IMG/VR virus record: IMGVR_UViG_3300010163_000005
Location: 1 to 64,000 of that record
Length of the DNA stretch: 64,000 bases
Reading direction: 5' to 3' (one strand)
DNA from: a virus
Lineage: Duplodnaviria; Caudoviricetes
The notes below the pieces were generated by a model that had not been told where the DNA came from, did not search any database, and saw nothing but the letters and a program-made list of their open reading frames with translations. Position 1 is the first letter of the stretch. Every line of letters begins with the position of its first letter. Of this stretch, positions 28,696-39,263 are shown in pieces. The position numbers and the translations under genes are program-made.

Positions 28696-31600
28696 TTATT
28701 CCCCTTCGTGTTCAAGAATTAAATCATATCCTTCTTTTTTAAGAGCATCTTGCACTTTTTTTACAATTTCTTTAGATATTTGATCTGTTCCATTTAATCT
28801 AAATGTTACATTAGTATTATTAATATATCTTTGATTATTACCTACTGATTTTACATTTTCAATATTAGATTTAAAAGATTGTCCATTTAATTTATTAGAA
28901 AATCCTATTGACATACCCATAGAATTAAATGGTATTGCTAAACCGCCTTTATTACCTAATCTTTCTCTCATTTGAGAATAATTAGTTGTACTGGTAGTTG
29001 AACCATTAAAATAAGATGAATTACCTGCCATACCAATACCAGTAAGACTAAGTTGCCCCATTGCATAATATGAATTACCACCTTTTAAAGCATCAAGAAC
29101 AGTATTAGAATTATTATTTACAGCAGCAGTATTTTCTGTTAAGCTATCACTTAATTCTTTTTCTGTATCTGTATTTTCATTTATTATGCTACCTAATTTT
29201 AAATTACTTATATTATTATTTATAATTTCTTTTTCTAAATCAACAAGCGACTTATTATTATCATCATATGTTTTCCCAGTAGCATAATTATAATAACGCA
29301 TAATAACTTTTTCATCTTCTCCACCTACTATTGCTTTTACATGCCATTGTTTTTGTCCTTCTATTTCCTTATTTTTTTTGTCAATTTCGTTTTGCTTATT
29401 TTTTTTCCATTGTTCATACTTATTTTGATCTTTTATTGTTATTTCACCATATTGAGGTTCTATATTTATATCACTATTATTGTCGCCTTTATCTGAATCA
29501 TTTTGAACGTATCCTGCTACTTGTTCAGCTTCGTTTCTGTCTTGATACATTGGTTTACCTAAATCTATTTTTGTACCATCTTCATTAAACTTCATAATTT
29601 TATATCCTATTGTAGTACTTTTAAGATTTTCTTTACCTTCCGCTGTCTGTTTATATTCTTTCATTAGTTCCTCTTCACTTTTAAGTTTTTCTTTATCAGC
29701 GTCTCCTGATAATATATCATATGTTAATGTGTCTCCTGATACACCTACTTTATGACCTAATAAATTAAATTCTCCTGTATCTCCTGCTGTATATTTATAA
29801 CCATTTGTAACTTTTTTATAGTCACCATTACCAATCATACTAACTTTTTCATCAAGATTACCAAATTTATCTTCTATGTCTTTTATAGTAATTCCTTGTG
29901 AATTAACTACAGATTTTAAGTTTCCATCTGCATCGTATTCTACTGGTTTGGGTCCAATTGTAGAAGAACTATCTATTAAAGAATTTAATTGTTTTTGTTC
30001 ATCTGTTTTATTATTTTCTTGTTCTTGTTCAACTTTGGAATTAAAAACACTACTAAAACCACCTACAGTGTTTACATCTATTCCATTTTTATTCATTTCA
30101 TTCATTGCTTTAGTTAATAATTCAGTAGCTCTTGTTTGAGTTATTATTCCACTATTTAACATTTCCATATATTCTTGTGACGATTTATATTCTTCTAATA
30201 ATTGTTTATTAGAGTTTACTAATTTATCTTTTGCTTCTTTTTCTAATTGTTCTTTTGTTTTCTTTTCATCATATTTTTTATTAGGATCGTTTTGTATGTT
30301 CTTTATTGGAATACCTTCAGTTTCTATTTGTTTTACCGTATTATTTATATCCAATGAAGTATTTTTTACATTTTCTAAAGCTTCATCATCTTGATCGCCT
30401 ACAACTTCTCTCAATATAGGTAAAAAACCGTCATATGTTAAAAAATCATCAAAATCATAATTTTCAAATGCTAAACCTACCCCATTTTCTGTTAAATCTC
30501 GTTCAGTTATCCAACTATCATCTTTCCAACTTTTAAATTGTATATCTCCATCTTGATAACGTAATCTTGTAATATTAAAAAGTTTTGTTAAATTTGTGTT
30601 TAATTGATCGTTATTTACTTCTATACCATTTTTATATGTAAGTTTTCCTGTACTAAAATCCATTTTAAAATCTTTAGCAAAATTTTGTATATCACTCATA
30701 GTCATAGCACCATTGTTTAGTTTTTCTATTGTTGCTTTATCTATACCTAAAGAACTTGCTTGTTTTGCAATATCCTTTTCCCAACCTACTGCAAAATTTT
30801 CACTTTTTAATACTGCTGTTATTTGTTTATCAAAACCTTCTTGACTTTTTGCTGCTCCATTCGCAATTATACCTTTTTTAGATTTATCGTCATATTCCTC
30901 TATTTTATTTTCTACATCTGAATCAAGAAACCAACTATCATTATAAACTAATTCTCTTAAATTTTTAAATGCTTGTTGTGCCTCTTGATTATTTTCTTCA
31001 TATGCCATTTTATATACATTATCAAATCCACCATTTTGTTTGAAAAATTCTTGTGTACCTTTATCAACTTCATTACCTGATTCTTTTGCAAGTTCTGTCC
31101 AACTATTTGTATCTACTAAATTTTTAATAGATGAATTTGAATCTTCCAACTTCATACTTTTTAATTCTGCCCACATTTGTTTATCGTTTTCTATTGTAGC
31201 TTTACTATTTTCTAAAATTTGTTCTGCACTATGTTGACTTGCATCCTCACTTTCTGGGAAGTTAGCTATATTTATACCATCTGCTTGCATTAAAGCCAAC
31301 ATTTCTTCTGTTTTTTCTTTTGTTGTACTTTCATTTGATATAAATTCTTTAAATGCCTCTTCTGTTGTTTTTCCTTGTGTGGCTTGTTGAGCAGCATAAA
31401 GAGCAAATGCTTCTTTTTGAGTATTATTTAAACCTTGAAATTTATCTCCTAATTCAGATGTGTTATTATTCATTTCTACTAAAGATTTTGACATTGATGA
31501 AGCAGTTTGTTCATCAAATCCTGATGTAACATATTTTTGAGTTAATAAATCATTTGCATTACCATGTATGTATTGTCTTGCAATATTATTTTCTTTTTCT

Positions 31601-34600
31601 GATTTTTCAAAAAAAGTATCTATCAATGCACCGCCTGCCATTCCTAATACTGCTCCAATAGCGGTTCCAATAAGTGGAACAGCACTACCTATTGCAGCAC
31701 CTGCCGCTGCACCTGTTGCCGCCGTACCAACACTAAGAGTGGCTTTTAAAGCTGTTTTACCTGTGGATATTCCTTTATCTCCTGCTACTAATCCTGCTTC
31801 TTCTTTATCTTTATATTCACCTATGCCAGCAACTACATCACTAATACCTGCTGTAACAACACCTGCATTACCTGCTACTGCACCTAATGATTTACCTAAT
31901 AGTTGACTTCCTGTCTTTTGAACAATTGATGTTGTTGCTTTTTCTCCCATTTTTTCAAATGTTTTGCTTGCTACTTTATTTATTCCTTTATCAATAAAAA
32001 ATTCGCCTACAGCACCACCAATAAGACTTAAATTTTCATTTATTCCTAAATTTTGTCCAGTTTTTTGTGCTGTTATAGGTGTTTGTACTTGTTGTTCATA
32101 TTCATTGGTACCCATTTGACTATTGTACTGTTTCATCATTGTTTGTTGTTCATATGGATTTGCCATACTCATTTGGTTATTAATATCTGCTATTTGACTA
32201 TCAGTATTTGACATTTGATTATTTGTGTTTTGATTATTTGTGTTTACCATTTGATTATTCATCATAGAGTTATTATATATCATTGGATTGTTTGTCATAG
32301 AATTATTCATCATAGGGTTATTCATCATCATAGAATTGTTCATCATAGAATTATTATACATCATTTGATTAGACATATCTGGTTGTTGTGAATTTTTATA
32401 TGATGAATACATTTCATTCCCTACATATGCTACTCCGCCTAATCCTATTACTCCTGCTGCTACTTTTCCTACAGTACCAAATTTTTTTAACCATTTTGTA
32501 CTACCTGCCACATCAGCAGCCGCATCAGCGGCTTTACTTCCACCTTTTATCCAATTTTTTGCCCCTTTAACACCTTTGCCAATACTTTTTCCAATACCTT
32601 TAACGGCTTTACCACCTACAAATGCAACACCTAATCCAGCCAATAATGTGTCTTTACCTGTTCCGACAGCATCAATAGTTTCTGCCGCCATAGGATTATT
32701 TTGCATAAATTGTCCAACACCTGAATTCAAATATGTTCCTAATAAACTATTTGTCAAGTCTATTTTTTTATCTATGTATTGTAAATTGTTTTCTAAAAAC
32801 TGTCCTATCATTCTATTTTTTTCTTCTGCTTTATTTTGTTGTGTAAAGGCGTTTTCTTCTATTTGTGCTTTCATTTTATCATTCGTACTCATTGTACTAT
32901 TTAATTGTTTTAATTGTTCTAACATTTCTGCTTGTATATCTTTTGTATCCCCTTGTTCTTGTACTTCTTTCAACAAACTGTTTATATCTTCTATTCTACC
33001 TTCCTTTTGTGCATTTATATATCTGGATGCTTGTTTTTTACTAAAGCCATAATCATCTTGTAATTGTCTTGATATTCTATAATCACCTAATGCACCATTG
33101 CCAAATAAACTTCTTGTAAACTCTATATTTGTATCTATACCATTTGACATTTTTTGTGCCCATTGTTCATTGGCTGTACCATCTGCATTTGTTGTATTTT
33201 GACTATCCCATAACATTTGAAATGGATCAGATTGACCTTGCAATATACCTGCTAACATAACCTGTCCAGGATTATCTGAAAACCTGTTCATTGCATTGCC
33301 TACTTGATTACTCATATCAGTAGCATCTTTTACATTATATCCTGCGTTTCCTAAATTCATCATTACATCTACAGCTTTAGCACCGTCAATTCCTATACTA
33401 CGATAATGGTCGGCTACACTCTTTACTGCTTTTGCATATTCTCCCATAGGAATGCCTGCTGCCTTTACTTTATTCGCTATTCTATCAATGGTTTTTATTG
33501 TTTCCTCTCCTGACATTTCTAAATCTTGATAAAATGTATCTACTAAACTTGTTATATCACTATCTGAAAAATTTGTAACTGCACTTTTCATTGTTGTATA
33601 TTCAGCCATTTGTGCTACTTCATTTGTATCTCTTATCCCTGATTGTTGTGCTATTGTGGCATAATTTTTTTGTAAATCTTGAAAATCAATCATACCATAT
33701 GACATATTATGTAATTGTAATGCTCTATCTCTATTCATATATTGCATAAAGTCATTACTGGTTTCTTTACCATAAGTATTATTCAATTTCATTAAAGAAT
33801 AATCTTGTCTATGCGTTTGATTATTATAATCGTTTCTCCTACTCATTTGTTCATCTGGTGACATACCACTTAATCCTATATCAGACTGTTTATATAACTT
33901 ATATGGATCTAACAATAACTCTTTTGCTGTTGAATATGCCATTCCGACCATAGGTAATCTTGTTGCTAATTTATCAGCAGATTTTACAAAACCCATAAGT
34001 GAATTCCCAATTTCTTTAAAAGTTGAACCATTCTTTGATGATACTTCTGCATCAGCTATTTCTCCTAATGATTCTACTGCTTCTTGACTTGCACTTGACA
34101 TTTCTTTTATACTTTCTTGGCCTTCTTTAGTTAAAGCATTCATACCACCCATAGCATTAACATTGTCCATTATATTATCTTTAAACATTAATAATGCTTG
34201 TGATATATCATTATACTGTTTTAGTTGATTTTGTGCTTGTTTTTTTAATAATTTTTCTTCGTCTGTGGCTGTTTTTTCGTCAAGTTTCATATTTGCGATA
34301 GCTTTAGTAGATTCCATTTGTTTCCCAATTTCTTTATATGTTGTAAATAAAGAAGAAGCCTCACCTAATGTTGCTTCTATTCCCTTTTTATCATTGGAAT
34401 TTATGGCTTTATTTAAGTTTTTTATAATATCATTAAAATTTATAGTAGTGAATTTACTAATACCATAAGCAACTTTAGAATTTTGTTGTACTTGTTCTAT
34501 GTCTATACCATTTTTTTTAAAATCTCTCTTTAATTGTTTACCTACTGTACTATTTGACTGCATAAGATGAGATATATTACTTGCAGTATTCATCATTTGT

Positions 34601-36069
34601 TTAGAACCATTTGAAAACCTATTAGTAGTACGCTTTACATCATCTAAATTATTAAATGTTGCAAAATCTTGATTTAAAAAATCTTTATTGGTACTATATG
34701 CTTTAATTGTATTTGTTACCATTTCAGCTTGTTTTTTTATATATTTGCTTTTTTTTTCTACATAATTATTAATTTCATTTTGGATTTTTTGTAATTCGTC
34801 TTCACATTCTATTTTAGTTTGGTTATCAGTTGTATTGTTTATTACAAGTCTTAATTGTTGTGCATCTTTTTCTAAATCTTCTATTATCTTTTGATTTGTT
34901 TCTACTACTGCATTAAAATAAATACCCTGTTGCTCCATTATCTCTTGATTTGTTTTAAATATTTTTTCTTTTTCTTCTTTGCTTAAATTATTAGAATTAG
35001 GATTCCAAGTTGTTTCTTGTGTATTCTCTGTTACAGATTGATATAATTCTGTTCTAATATTTCTTCGTTGTGTTGATAAATTTACTAATTGTTGTACATC
35101 TATTTTTTCTTTATTATTTGATAATTCATTAATTTTTTCATTTAATTCATCTATTTTTTGTAATTGCTCACCAATATTAATATTAGGATTAATATTAATA
35201 CTTCCCTCATGTCCTAATGAAATTAAACTATTTCTTACATCATCTACAGTTTTAATTAAATTAAAACTACCTTCGTGAGCTTTAGTTATATCATTTAATA
35301 TTCCATTAAGAAAATTATTTTCTGCACGTCTTGTTACGGCATCAAATAAATGTTCTGTTGCTACGCTTGCCGCTGATGTTTCTGTTGTTAATTTTTCTAC
35401 AGCATTCATTGCATCTTGAATTTGTGAAATAGTAATCTTTCCTAATGAGCCTTGAACATTATCAACTAACCCCATAATATTTTGTAATATTGGAGCGGCT
35501 GTACCAAATAATTCAAGAAAAGCCTCTTGTGGTAAATTTATTTGTTTTGCAAAAGAGGCTATAGTTTGTTGTACTTTATCTATTGCATTATCCATTTCAC
35601 TTATTGAATTATTAAAAGAATCTTTATCTAAATGTATATTGTTTATACCTTGTGCAGTTGCTTGTAATTTTTCTAAACAATTTGTAATATCATCTGCGGC
35701 AATTAAAAAAGAATCTTTATCAATATTGGCAGGAATAGTTATCCCTTTATCTTTAAGTTTATCATTTGCATTATTTATAATTTTATTAAAATCTAAATCT
35801 TCTACATCAAGATTTATTTTAATTTCTCCAATTTCATTACCTAATTGAGAAGCAGTATTTTTTATAGTTGATAAAAAATCAACTATTTTAGATAATGATT
35901 CCTCCATTATATGTAGATTTGTTGTCATTTGTGGATTGGGGGATATATCATTTAATTCTTTTAATTTTTGTATTTTATCTACCATTGTATTTAATCCATC
36001 TTGGTGAATTTCAGAAAACCCTTCAATTTTATTCTGATCTAATATTTGATCCCTTAAACTTTTAGCCAA
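28696..36069 (-). CDS. tail tape measure protein (2457 aa)
   Basis: Very long, helical, with glycine-zipper hydrophobic segments (GAAAGAAIGSAVPLIGTAIG); directly after the chaperone pair. Confidence 0.85.
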   Translation of the reverse strand: MAKSLRDQILDQNKIEGFSEIHQDGLNTMVDKIQKLKELNDISPNPQMTTNLHIMEESLSKIVDFLSTIKNTASQLGNEIGEIKINLDVEDLDFNKIINNANDKLKDKGITIPANIDKDSFLIAADDITNCLEKLQATAQGINNIHLDKDSFNNSISEMDNAIDKVQQTIASFAKQINLPQEAFLELFGTAAPILQNIMGLVDNVQGSLGKITISQIQDAMNAVEKLTTETSAASVATEHLFDAVTRRAENNFLNGILNDITKAHEGSFNLIKTVDDVRNSLISLGHEGSININPNINIGEQLQKIDELNEKINELSNNKEKIDVQQLVNLSTQRRNIRTELYQSVTENTQETTWNPNSNNLSKEEKEKIFKTNQEIMEQQGIYFNAVVETNQKIIEDLEKDAQQLRLVINNTTDNQTKIECEDELQKIQNEINNYVEKKSKYIKKQAEMVTNTIKAYSTNKDFLNQDFATFNNLDDVKRTTNRFSNGSKQMMNTASNISHLMQSNSTVGKQLKRDFKKNGIDIEQVQQNSKVAYGISKFTTINFNDIIKNLNKAINSNDKKGIEATLGEASSLFTTYKEIGKQMESTKAIANMKLDEKTATDEEKLLKKQAQNQLKQYNDISQALLMFKDNIMDNVNAMGGMNALTKEGQESIKEMSSASQEAVESLGEIADAEVSSKNGSTFKEIGNSLMGFVKSADKLATRLPMVGMAYSTAKELLLDPYKLYKQSDIGLSGMSPDEQMSRRNDYNNQTHRQDYSLMKLNNTYGKETSNDFMQYMNRDRALQLHNMSYGMIDFQDLQKNYATIAQQSGIRDTNEVAQMAEYTTMKSAVTNFSDSDITSLVDTFYQDLEMSGEETIKTIDRIANKVKAAGIPMGEYAKAVKSVADHYRSIGIDGAKAVDVMMNLGNAGYNVKDATDMSNQVGNAMNRFSDNPGQVMLAGILQGQSDPFQMLWDSQNTTNADGTANEQWAQKMSNGIDTNIEFTRSLFGNGALGDYRISRQLQDDYGFSKKQASRYINAQKEGRIEDINSLLKEVQEQGDTKDIQAEMLEQLKQLNSTMSTNDKMKAQIEENAFTQQNKAEEKNRMIGQFLENNLQYIDKKIDLTNSLLGTYLNSGVGQFMQNNPMAAETIDAVGTGKDTLLAGLGVAFVGGKAVKGIGKSIGKGVKGAKNWIKGGSKAADAAADVAGSTKWLKKFGTVGKVAAGVIGLGGVAYVGNEMYSSYKNSQQPDMSNQMMYNNSMMNNSMMMNNPMMNNSMTNNPMIYNNSMMNNQMVNTNNQNTNNQMSNTDSQIADINNQMSMANPYEQQTMMKQYNSQMGTNEYEQQVQTPITAQKTGQNLGINENLSLIGGAVGEFFIDKGINKVASKTFEKMGEKATTSIVQKTGSQLLGKSLGAVAGNAGVVTAGISDVVAGIGEYKDKEEAGLVAGDKGISTGKTALKATLSVGTAATGAAAGAAIGSAVPLIGTAIGAVLGMAGGALIDTFFEKSEKENNIARQYIHGNANDLLTQKYVTSGFDEQTASSMSKSLVEMNNNTSELGDKFQGLNNTQKEAFALYAAQQATQGKTTEEAFKEFISNESTTKEKTEEMLALMQADGINIANFPESEDASQHSAEQILENSKATIENDKQMWAELKSMKLEDSNSSIKNLVDTNSWTELAKESGNEVDKGTQEFFKQNGGFDNVYKMAYEENNQEAQQAFKNLRELVYNDSWFLDSDVENKIEEYDDKSKKGIIANGAAKSQEGFDKQITAVLKSENFAVGWEKDIAKQASSLGIDKATIEKLNNGAMTMSDIQNFAKDFKMDFSTGKLTYKNGIEVNNDQLNTNLTKLFNITRLRYQDGDIQFKSWKDDSWITERDLTENGVGLAFENYDFDDFLTYDGFLPILREVVGDQDDEALENVKNTSLDINNTVKQIETEGIPIKNIQNDPNKKYDEKKTKEQLEKEAKDKLVNSNKQLLEEYKSSQEYMEMLNSGIITQTRATELLTKAMNEMNKNGIDVNTVGGFSSVFNSKVEQEQENNKTDEQKQLNSLIDSSSTIGPKPVEYDADGNLKSVVNSQGITIKDIEDKFGNLDEKVSMIGNGDYKKVTNGYKYTAGDTGEFNLLGHKVGVSGDTLTYDILSGDADKEKLKSEEELMKEYKQTAEGKENLKSTTIGYKIMKFNEDGTKIDLGKPMYQDRNEAEQVAGYVQNDSDKGDNNSDINIEPQYGEITIKDQNKYEQWKKNKQNEIDKKNKEIEGQKQWHVKAIVGGEDEKVIMRYYNYATGKTYDDNNKSLVDLEKEIINNNISNLKLGSIINENTDTEKELSDSLTENTAAVNNNSNTVLDALKGGNSYYAMGQLSLTGIGMAGNSSYFNGSTTSTTNYSQMRERLGNKGGLAIPFNSMGMSIGFSNKLNGQSFKSNIENVKSVGNNQRYINNTNVTFRLNGTDQISKEIVKKVQDALKKEGYDLILEHEGE
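32260..32355 (-). repeat. 15-bp degenerate tandem repeats encoding NN[S/P]MM
   Basis: CATCATAGAATT(G/A)TT-like units on the plus strand. Confidence 0.7.
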
Positions 36070-36101
36070 ACTATTTTACACCTCCTTTCTTTTTTATGTT
36101 T

Positions 36102-36782
36102 TTATTCATCTTCTGGTATAATAAATATATCTAACCCATCATCTATATCTTTTTGTAATTGTTTATTAAATTCTTCTTTATTAAAATCTTCTTTGTTATT
36201 TTTATTTATTATTCCTTTATTATTTTTAACATTTATTTTATTATTTTCAATATTTTCTTTATCAATTATTTCTTTATTGTTATTTTGATTATTAATATTT
36301 TGATTGTTAATAAGCCTATCATCAAACATTGAATTATTAAATTGTTCCGAATTAAGAAATTGTTCAAAAGCCAATGCCCTCTCTATAAATTCTTCTTTTG
36401 ATTCAGTAGAATATTTATAATCACTTGATGGTAATTCTACAAATTTTTCATTATCCAAATATTTTGCTATTTCAGCATCAAAGCTATCATTATATATTTC
36501 ATTAGCATTTGATACATTTCTTTCTTCATACTTACTTGTTGATTTTTCATTTTTCTTTTTTTGCTCATCGACAGCTTTAGCAAGATCAAAATTCATAAAA
36601 TATTTTAAATAATCTAATACGTCATTCCTTTCTTGTATTTGTTGTTTTTTATCTTCTAATATATTAAGATATAACCAAATATATTGAGCATTATTTAATT
36701 CTTTTACTCTTTGTTCAGTAGGTAACGCATTAAAATATTTCATGACTGTAAATCGTATTATGCTGAAACTGTCTCTGTTGAG
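36102..36782 (-). CDS. tail assembly chaperone 'T' frame, probably expressed as a -1 frameshift fusion with the upstream gene
   Basis: Frame is open from the slippery site through ATG 36743, which has no RBS. Confidence 0.75.
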   Translation of the reverse strand, partial: LNRDSFSIIRFTVMKYFNALPTEQRVKELNNAQYIWLYLNILEDKKQQIQERNDVLDYLKYFMNFDLAKAVDEQKKKNEKSTSKYEERNVSNANEIYNDSFDAEIAKYLDNEKFVELPSSDYKYSTESKEEFIERALAFEQFLNSEQFNNSMFDDRLINNQNINNQNNNKEIIDKENIENNKINVKNNKGIINKNNKEDFNKEEFNKQLQKDIDDGLDIFIIPEDE

Positions 36783-37132
36783 TTTTTTACTTCTTCAACA
36801 TCTTCATCAGATAAATTTTTATTTAATTTTTCTAATAATCTATTATACACTTCAAATAATTTATCTACTACAGCTAAAGGTAATTTATTTACAAATTCAA
36901 ATTTTTCTTTTTTATCATCTAAAATTACATCATCAATACTCATCAAACTACGGGCTACACATTCCACTTTTAATATTAAATAATTTAAATTATCATTTGA
37001 TGTATTTATTTTTTTTACAAGTTCTTGATTTTCAGTTACACCTATTGTTTTTAATGTCCACGTTTTACCCATAATTTCAATTGATTCATATAATTCACCT
37101 TCAAAGATTAATTGTTCTAATTCTTTTCTCAT
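36758..37132 (-). CDS. tail assembly chaperone 'G'
   Basis: Lies between the tail tubes and the tape measure gene; slippery heptamer near the 3' end. Confidence 0.75.
   Translation of the reverse strand: MRKELEQLIFEGELYESIEIMGKTWTLKTIGVTENQELVKKINTSNDNLNYLILKVECVARSLMSIDDVILDDKKEKFEFVNKLPLAVVDKLFEVYNRLLEKLNKNLSDEDVEEVKNSTETVSA
36782..36788 (-). promoter_or_regulatory. programmed -1 ribosomal frameshift site A AAA AAC
   Basis: In-frame GTA AAA AAC; -1 frame reads LNRDSFSIIRFTV-MKYFNALP without a stop. Confidence 0.8.
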
Positions 37133-37236
37133 AATAAAAATCTCCTTTAATATAATTATTTTTATTTATAAAATAAAAAATAGTATAATAAAAATAATAG
37201 AACATATTTAATATATTGTTTGTAATATTTTGCATA

Positions 37237-37267
37237 AAAAAAGGACTATATTATATAGTCCTTTTTT
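37237..37267. terminator. terminator after the tail-tube unit
   Basis: AAAAAAGGACTATAT-T-ATATAGTCCTTTTTT. Confidence 0.7.
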
Positions 37268-37276
37268 ATTAAATTA

Positions 37277-37555
37277 TTAAAATGATGGTATAGAACAATA
37301 TTCATCTAATTTATTGCTTATATTCGTTAATGTTTTTATATATTGCTGTATTTCTGATTTTGAATCACTTATATCTTCATCACTCCAATCTATTTCAGCA
37401 AGTCTATTGATTGCCATATCAATATTTTCAGCAGCGTCATAAAGTAAAGTTTCATTACTTTCATTTGCTTTTTTAATAAAATTAGCTTTTCTAATATTTG
37501 ATTTTGTTCTTACTGAATTTTTTACATTATTTCTTTTTCCTTGCAATCTTTTCAT
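37277..37555 (-). CDS. hypothetical acidic protein with basic KRL leader (MKRLQGKR...FIKKA|NES)
   Basis: Start reassigned to ATG 37555 behind AAGGAG; directly downstream of the tail tube genes. Confidence 0.75.
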   Translation of the reverse strand: MKRLQGKRNNVKNSVRTKSNIRKANFIKKANESNETLLYDAAENIDMAINRLAEIDWSDEDISDSKSEIQQYIKTLTNISNKLDEYCSIPSF

Positions 37556-37601
37556 TTTAATTACTCCTTTAATTTTAATGATATTTTTATTTAATAATAT
37601 A

Positions 37602-38372
37602 TTAGTATACATCTGCATAATCTATTTTACAAGATTCAGCAACAGTAATTTTACCTACATCATAAGTTTTATTATAAGATGATAACCAACAATCAATATA
37701 TGTTTCTATATACCATTGTTGAGAACCATTTTTAGTATTTATTGTACCTCCTGCTGAACTATTTCCAACAATAGGAGTTTTAACTTGTATTTCTAATGGA
37801 ACACGTTGATCTTTTAATGTTTTAAATACAAATCTTGCATTATTAGATAATGGCCTATCAATGCTTTTATTTGTTTCAATTGTTGGATTATCCCATAATT
37901 CTTTTTCATCATTACCATTTGCACTATATTCTTCTGAACCTTTATTGTACACTTTTGATCCTGACATATCATATCCTTTACCTTCAACTTCTAATCCTAA
38001 TGCTGCCCAAAGATTGCTACTATATAATGCTATCCTATTAACGTCTAATGTTCCACCATTTGTGTTTTGTGGTACAGCCTGTATAACTCCTTCAACCCCA
38101 ATAGCGTTTAATTTATCTATTGTTCTACTTTCTTGTACATTAAAAGATTGTACCATTCCTACTATACCACCATTAGCATATATAAAAATATTAGTACTTG
38201 TCATAGCTAATCCATTAGCATCTGAATTTTGAGGATTAAATGTATTAATGTGTTGTTTAATATCATTTCTTGTTGCTCTATGAGTATTTAATCCGACATT
38301 ACCTGCTAAATAACTCTTTTCTGGACTTGTTTGTCTTATATCGTTTTCTATTGCATTGTTTTCATTAGCCAT
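37602..38372 (-). CDS. tail tube protein 2
   Basis: Paralog of 38404-39123 (TNI..ANG..VGMVQSF...FKTLKDQRVPLEI...YIETYIDCW); follows the sheath. Confidence 0.75.
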   Translation of the reverse strand: MANENNAIENDIRQTSPEKSYLAGNVGLNTHRATRNDIKQHINTFNPQNSDANGLAMTSTNIFIYANGGIVGMVQSFNVQESRTIDKLNAIGVEGVIQAVPQNTNGGTLDVNRIALYSSNLWAALGLEVEGKGYDMSGSKVYNKGSEEYSANGNDEKELWDNPTIETNKSIDRPLSNNARFVFKTLKDQRVPLEIQVKTPIVGNSSAGGTINTKNGSQQWYIETYIDCWLSSYNKTYDVGKITVAESCKIDYADVY

Positions 38373-38403
38373 AATTTATTCACCTACCTTTTATATAAAC
38401 TTA

Positions 38404-39123
38404 TTATTCCGTTTCTTCAGCTTTAGCAAAATTTTCTCTTGAATCTGGTGAACTTGTATAAGTAGCATATACATCACTATATTCTACTGTTACTTTTTCT
38501 GAAATAGTAATTGTTTCAGCGGCAATACTTCTACTAAAATTTGAAATCCAACAATCAACATATGTTTCTATATACCAAGCATTTTGAGTTCCATCCATTT
38601 GTGTTCTTGTTTCTATTTCAATTGGTACTCTTTGATCTTTTAAGGTTTTAAATGGGTTACTAAAAGTCTTATTTATCGGTCTGTGATATGTAGCATCTCC
38701 TGTTTGAAAACCCTCCCAATTATCACCAATAGGTGTAAATTGTCCTGAACGTGTTAATCCTAAAGCATTAAAAATATTACTATTATATAATGCAAATCTT
38801 TCAATCTGTATATTCCCACCTTTAGTATTACCAGGTACTATTTGTACTACACCTTCTGTACCTAATTCTTGTAATTTTGTGTTTGATCTACTTTCACTTA
38901 CTGCAAAGCTTTTTATTACTCCTACTCTAGAACCATTACACCAAACTGATATATTTGTTGTTGTAATTGGCATACTTCCTGTATTAGCACCTATATCTGG
39001 CATACCTGACGCTCTATGTGAATTTAAATAATAATTTGTTTCTTCAGGAACCCATGCCCCCATTGTATTTGCAACTTGTTTTCCTATATATGGATTATTT
39101 GTATTATTAGCCATTATCCTCAC
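38404..39123 (-). CDS. tail tube protein 1
   Basis: Immediately after the sheath; FKTLKDQRVPIEI...YIETYVDCW. Confidence 0.75.
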   Translation of the reverse strand: MRIMANNTNNPYIGKQVANTMGAWVPEETNYYLNSHRASGMPDIGANTGSMPITTTNISVWCNGSRVGVIKSFAVSESRSNTKLQELGTEGVVQIVPGNTKGGNIQIERFALYNSNIFNALGLTRSGQFTPIGDNWEGFQTGDATYHRPINKTFSNPFKTLKDQRVPIEIETRTQMDGTQNAWYIETYVDCWISNFSRSIAAETITISEKVTVEYSDVYATYTSSPDSRENFAKAEETE

Positions 39124-39192
39124 CTCTTTTTATAATTTAATAAAACTATATTGTATAATTATTTATAACATTATTAATTAATATTTATTTTT

Positions 39193-39228
39193 AAAAGAGG
39201 AAAGAGTAATATATCTCTTTCCTCTTTT
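39193..39228. terminator. terminator after the sheath gene
   Basis: AAAAGAGGAAAGAG-N8-CTCTTTCCTCTTTT. Confidence 0.65.
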
Positions 39229-39263
39229 TTTATATCTTATAAGTACTTATATAAACATTATTA

